From Thermoproteota archaeon (lineage in GTDB: Archaea; Korarchaeota; Korarchaeia; B14-G2), in the NCBI GenBank assembly GCA_037917675.1, contig JAVCBW010000026.1, forward strand, positions 1-10,039: a stretch of DNA of 10,039 nucleotides, read 5' to 3'. This document shows positions 7,660-10,039 of this stretch, in pieces (positions within the stretch are counted from its first letter, which is position 1; every line of letters starts with the position of its first letter). The notes beneath the pieces were generated by a model. It was given only the letters and a program-made list of their open reading frames with translations, was not told where the DNA came from and made no database searches. Made by a program: the position numbers and the translations under genes.

Positions 7660-8424
7660 ATGAGGCTAGAGGGGAAAGTTGCGATAGTGACAGGGGGGAG
7701 TAGGGGTATAGGTAAGGCGATAGCATTGGCTTTTGCAAGAGAAGGGGCAGACGTGGTTGTTGCTGTAGATAGGGATATTAAGGGTGCTAAAGACGTGATT
7801 GCTGAAGTAGAGAGGATAGGGAGGAGAGGATTGGTTGTAAGGGCTGATGTCTCTAGGAAAGGTGAAGTTGATGAGATGGTTGAGAAGACTGTGGATGAAT
7901 TCGGTAAAATTGATATTTTGGTTAATAACGCTGGGATTGCGCAGGTGATTCCCTCTCTAGAGGTAGAGGAAAGTGAGTGGCGTAGGGTTATAGACATTAA
8001 CCTTAGTGGAGTGTTCTATTGTAGCCAGGCAGCAGGCAAGGTGATGGCTAGACAAATGGAGGGGAATATAATCAATATAGCTTCTATATCTGGTGCAGCA
8101 GCTTACCCTATGCGAGCTGCTTACTGCTCATCTAAGAGTGCAGTTATAATGCTTACTAAGGTTTTAGCTATAGAGTGGGCTAAGTATAATATTCGAGTCA
8201 ATGCTATAGCTCCTGGATATGTTGAGACTAAGCTGGTTCAAGACTTGGTCTCTAGAGGAGTACTCGATGTGGAAGCTCTTAAGAGGAGGATCCCTATGAG
8301 GAGGCTTGCGAAGCCAGAGGAGATAGCTAAGGTTGCAGTGTTCTTAGCTTCCGATGACTCCAGCTATATAACAGGTGAGACTATATTCGTAGATGGTGGA
8401 TGGATGGCTTATGGATACGTGTAG
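7660..8424 (+). CDS. Classical short-chain dehydrogenase/reductase (FabG-like), substrate unknown
   Basis: TGGSRGIG, NNAG, S..YCSSK, VNAIAPG, ITGETIFVDGG; Asp after beta-2 (VAVDRD) suggests NAD(H). The longest ORF starts at GTG 7651. Confidence 0.93.
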   Translation: MRLEGKVAIVTGGSRGIGKAIALAFAREGADVVVAVDRDIKGAKDVIAEVERIGRRGLVVRADVSRKGEVDEMVEKTVDEFGKIDILVNNAGIAQVIPSLEVEESEWRRVIDINLSGVFYCSQAAGKVMARQMEGNIINIASISGAAAYPMRAAYCSSKSAVIMLTKVLAIEWAKYNIRVNAIAPGYVETKLVQDLVSRGVLDVEALKRRIPMRRLAKPEEIAKVAVFLASDDSSYITGETIFVDGGWMAYGYV

Positions 8425-8823
8425 TCCTTAGGAGCCGGAACTCACTTTAGATACATTGGAAATAGCTGTATGTGTGATGTGTGAATATGCCTTAGGGGAA
8501 GCGTGGTGCTGTAGGCAAGTGATGCCAGATGTTAGGCTATAAGCCTGGGGAGCTAATAGCTTAGAGGCAGCATGCAGTGCTGTTCCTTAAGCTTCTAAAT
8601 GGACGGGAGCAAGGTACTCTAGGCTTCAGTTGCTATGCTGATGGAGACGTAGCTGTTAGATATGATCTGATGTCTGGTAGGCATGCAGGTGTGCTAGATG
8701 CGGGATTACTGCTGATTGATACCTCTGTGTCTAGTAGTGATGTGTAGCCCTCGTCTACAGCGATACATGTCCATTTAGGCTCTGAGAGGCATCTTCTCAG
8801 GGTAGTTGCATGCTTTTTGATGA

Positions 8824-9485
8824 TCAAGCTTGCCTTGGCTCGCTTGGCCTCGTTTTCGTGTGTGGCTCCACTTGAACCCCATAGCCCTTTTCCTGGAGAC
8901 TCTGATGCTATTTCAAGCTTGTCTGTGAGGACGTCGCTTATGAGCGGCTCATCTGCTAGCGGGGGGATCACCAGCTCTACCATGGCTTCCTTCCACTCAG
9001 CGTCTTGTGCTACTGCTTTGACAGAGGCAGCTCTCCTCAAGGCCCATACTCTGAGGGGGCCTCCAGCTGTGTCGAATGTCGCTTCGCGCAGTAGGTGGAG
9101 GAGGCCATAGCTCAAGTTCTCTGGTTAGATCTACAGGGATCATTAGCTGAGGAGTGTCTGCCTCGTGGCCGCTGTTCACTAAGGCTGCCTCCTCTACCTC
9201 CAGATTCCGTTTTGGCTCTCTGCTACTTTCGTTTCCTTTTTCACTTGTAGCAGGGAGCTTCTCGCCTCAGTTTTCATTGGTGGGCTTTCGGGGTGGAGGG
9301 GTGAAGCCCTACATCTATCTGCTTGTTTAGCTCTGCTCTTTCAGGCTTACCCTCCCACCACATCCTGAGCAAGCCTATCTAAGCTGGCCAGCCCCCTATA
9401 AACCCTCACAAAACCATCATATGTCACATATACAACACTAGTCGCTTCTGCCCCTCCTTATCTTCAGCTTCACCCTCACGACCAC
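8824..9485 (-). pseudogene. Archaeal retropepsin/clan-AA aspartic-protease-like gene (NSG variant), split by an insertion and frameshifted
   Basis: GTG 9485 with GGTGA 6 nt upstream reads MVVRVKLKIRRG. After the insertion the same frame gives NLEVEEAALVNSGHEADTPQLMIP..LWPPPP, then after a shift near 9087 EATFDTAGGPLRVW..DEPLISDVL..KGLW, then after two shifts near 8878 and 8868 FKWEPHTKTRPSEPRQA* (stop 8824-8826). Confidence 0.7.
9207..9452 (-). mobile_element. ~243-bp non-coding insertion, MITE-like derivative of a TnpB-carrying (probably IS607) element
   Basis: Interrupts a reading frame, has GG at both junctions (9452-9451 and 9208-9207), no terminal inverted repeats, an internal TTTATA (9402-9397), and hairpins at 9282-9309 and 9215-9258. 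Confidence 0.65.
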
Positions 9486-9660
9486 CTTCTCTCACCACGC
9501 CAACTATACGCCCAACGCTCACCCGTCTAGCATAGATACGCCTAACTCTTACCATGGTAGCTACCTCAGCTTACAGCGAGCTCCACTCATATAAGTTCCT
9601 GAGCTACACTTAAGGATATCTCCAGTACTCCAATGGCTATGTAAATGCAGCTTTTATCGG

Positions 9661-9674
9661 CCTTAAATCCTTTT
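9661..9674 (-). promoter_or_regulatory. Candidate BRE-TATA promoter for the decayed unit ending in the protease-like gene
   Basis: Minus strand AAAAGG-ATTTAAGG. Confidence 0.4.
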
Positions 9675-9897
9675 AGCTTATTGCGAGCTGAGGGAGCTGG
9701 AGTGGGGTTAGGTAAGCTGGTTAGCTGCTCCATTGAGCAGCCATGATAGTGCTTAAGTGGGCAGGAGCTCAAGATCTGGTTAAGTGCATATACCATGAGC
9801 TTAGCATTGCTACCTTATCTTGGAAGGTGCCAGAGAGCTTGTGAGCTGAGGCATGAGCTAGGTGAGCTCTAAGCTTTTAAAAGATGTAGGCGGTGAC

Positions 9898-10039
9898 ATG
9901 GGAGGCTTCTTGGCTCTGGACTTAGCTTATAGGCTCAGTAGGAGAGGGCTTCTAGTGCTAGGGTGGCTTCTCAAGCATGGTGCCTGTGAGCCAAGTGAGG
10001 TAGCTGAGAGGCTTAAGCTGAGTGTCAGTGAGGTTGAGG
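9898..10039 (+). CDS. 5' part of a winged helix-turn-helix protein (probable transcription regulator), runs off the window
   Basis: Open frame MGGFLALDLAYRLSRRGLLVLGWLLKHGACEPSEVAERLKLSVSEVE has a wHTH pattern; TTTTAAAA at 9875-9882; alternative TTG start at 9910 after GGAGG. Confidence 0.65.
   Translation, partial: MGGFLALDLAYRLSRRGLLVLGWLLKHGACEPSEVAERLKLSVSEVE

Noticed and set aside
7593-7997. 134-aa minus-strand ORF (also 6715..7077 on plus)
   Set aside because: Antisense shadows of the SDR and DUF2148 genes.
8425-8820. Possible gene, CRISPR array or RNA gene in the gap after the SDR
   Set aside because: Only short stop-interrupted frames; no regularly spaced repeats or tRNA-like fold seen here or elsewhere in the window.
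8633-9115. 160-aa ORF as an intact gene (also 8997..9179 and 8817..9110)
   Set aside because: Fragments or antisense shadow of the frameshifted protease-like pseudogene; the C-terminal part is read-through.
9209-9451. Insertion as intein or spliced intron (length divisible by 3)
   Set aside because: Contains an in-frame TAG and has no intein termini; I found no bulge-helix-bulge pairing or group I core.
9587-9796. 69-aa ORF
   Set aside because: Spans a promoter-like element and has no motif; at most its last ~18 codons belong to a decayed gene.

Overview
Archaeal DNA, judged from BRE-TATA promoters, GGTGA/GGAGG Shine-Dalgarno sites and AGG/AGA/CTA codon bias. The core is a translationally coupled minus-strand operon (~6450 to 964): a decayed CitE/malyl-CoA-lyase-family gene, split class I Fe-S fumarate/tartrate hydro-lyase alpha and beta subunits, an SdhA/FrdA-type flavoprotein, and an SdhB-CCG fusion. 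The last two form a thiol:fumarate reductase (TfrAB)-type pair with no membrane anchor. Upstream are a DUF2148 Fe-S protein and a divergent SDR. Both flanks are decayed accessory DNA. On the left is a vapBC locus whose PIN toxin is truncated by a degenerate IS607 element (tnpA remnant plus the 5' end of tnpB). On the right is a retropepsin-like pseudogene split by a ~243-bp non-coding, GG-bounded, hairpin-rich insertion that resembles a miniature TnpB-element derivative (possible stand-alone omegaRNA/MITE). A wHTH gene starts at the right edge. All family calls come from motif recognition only; no searches were run.
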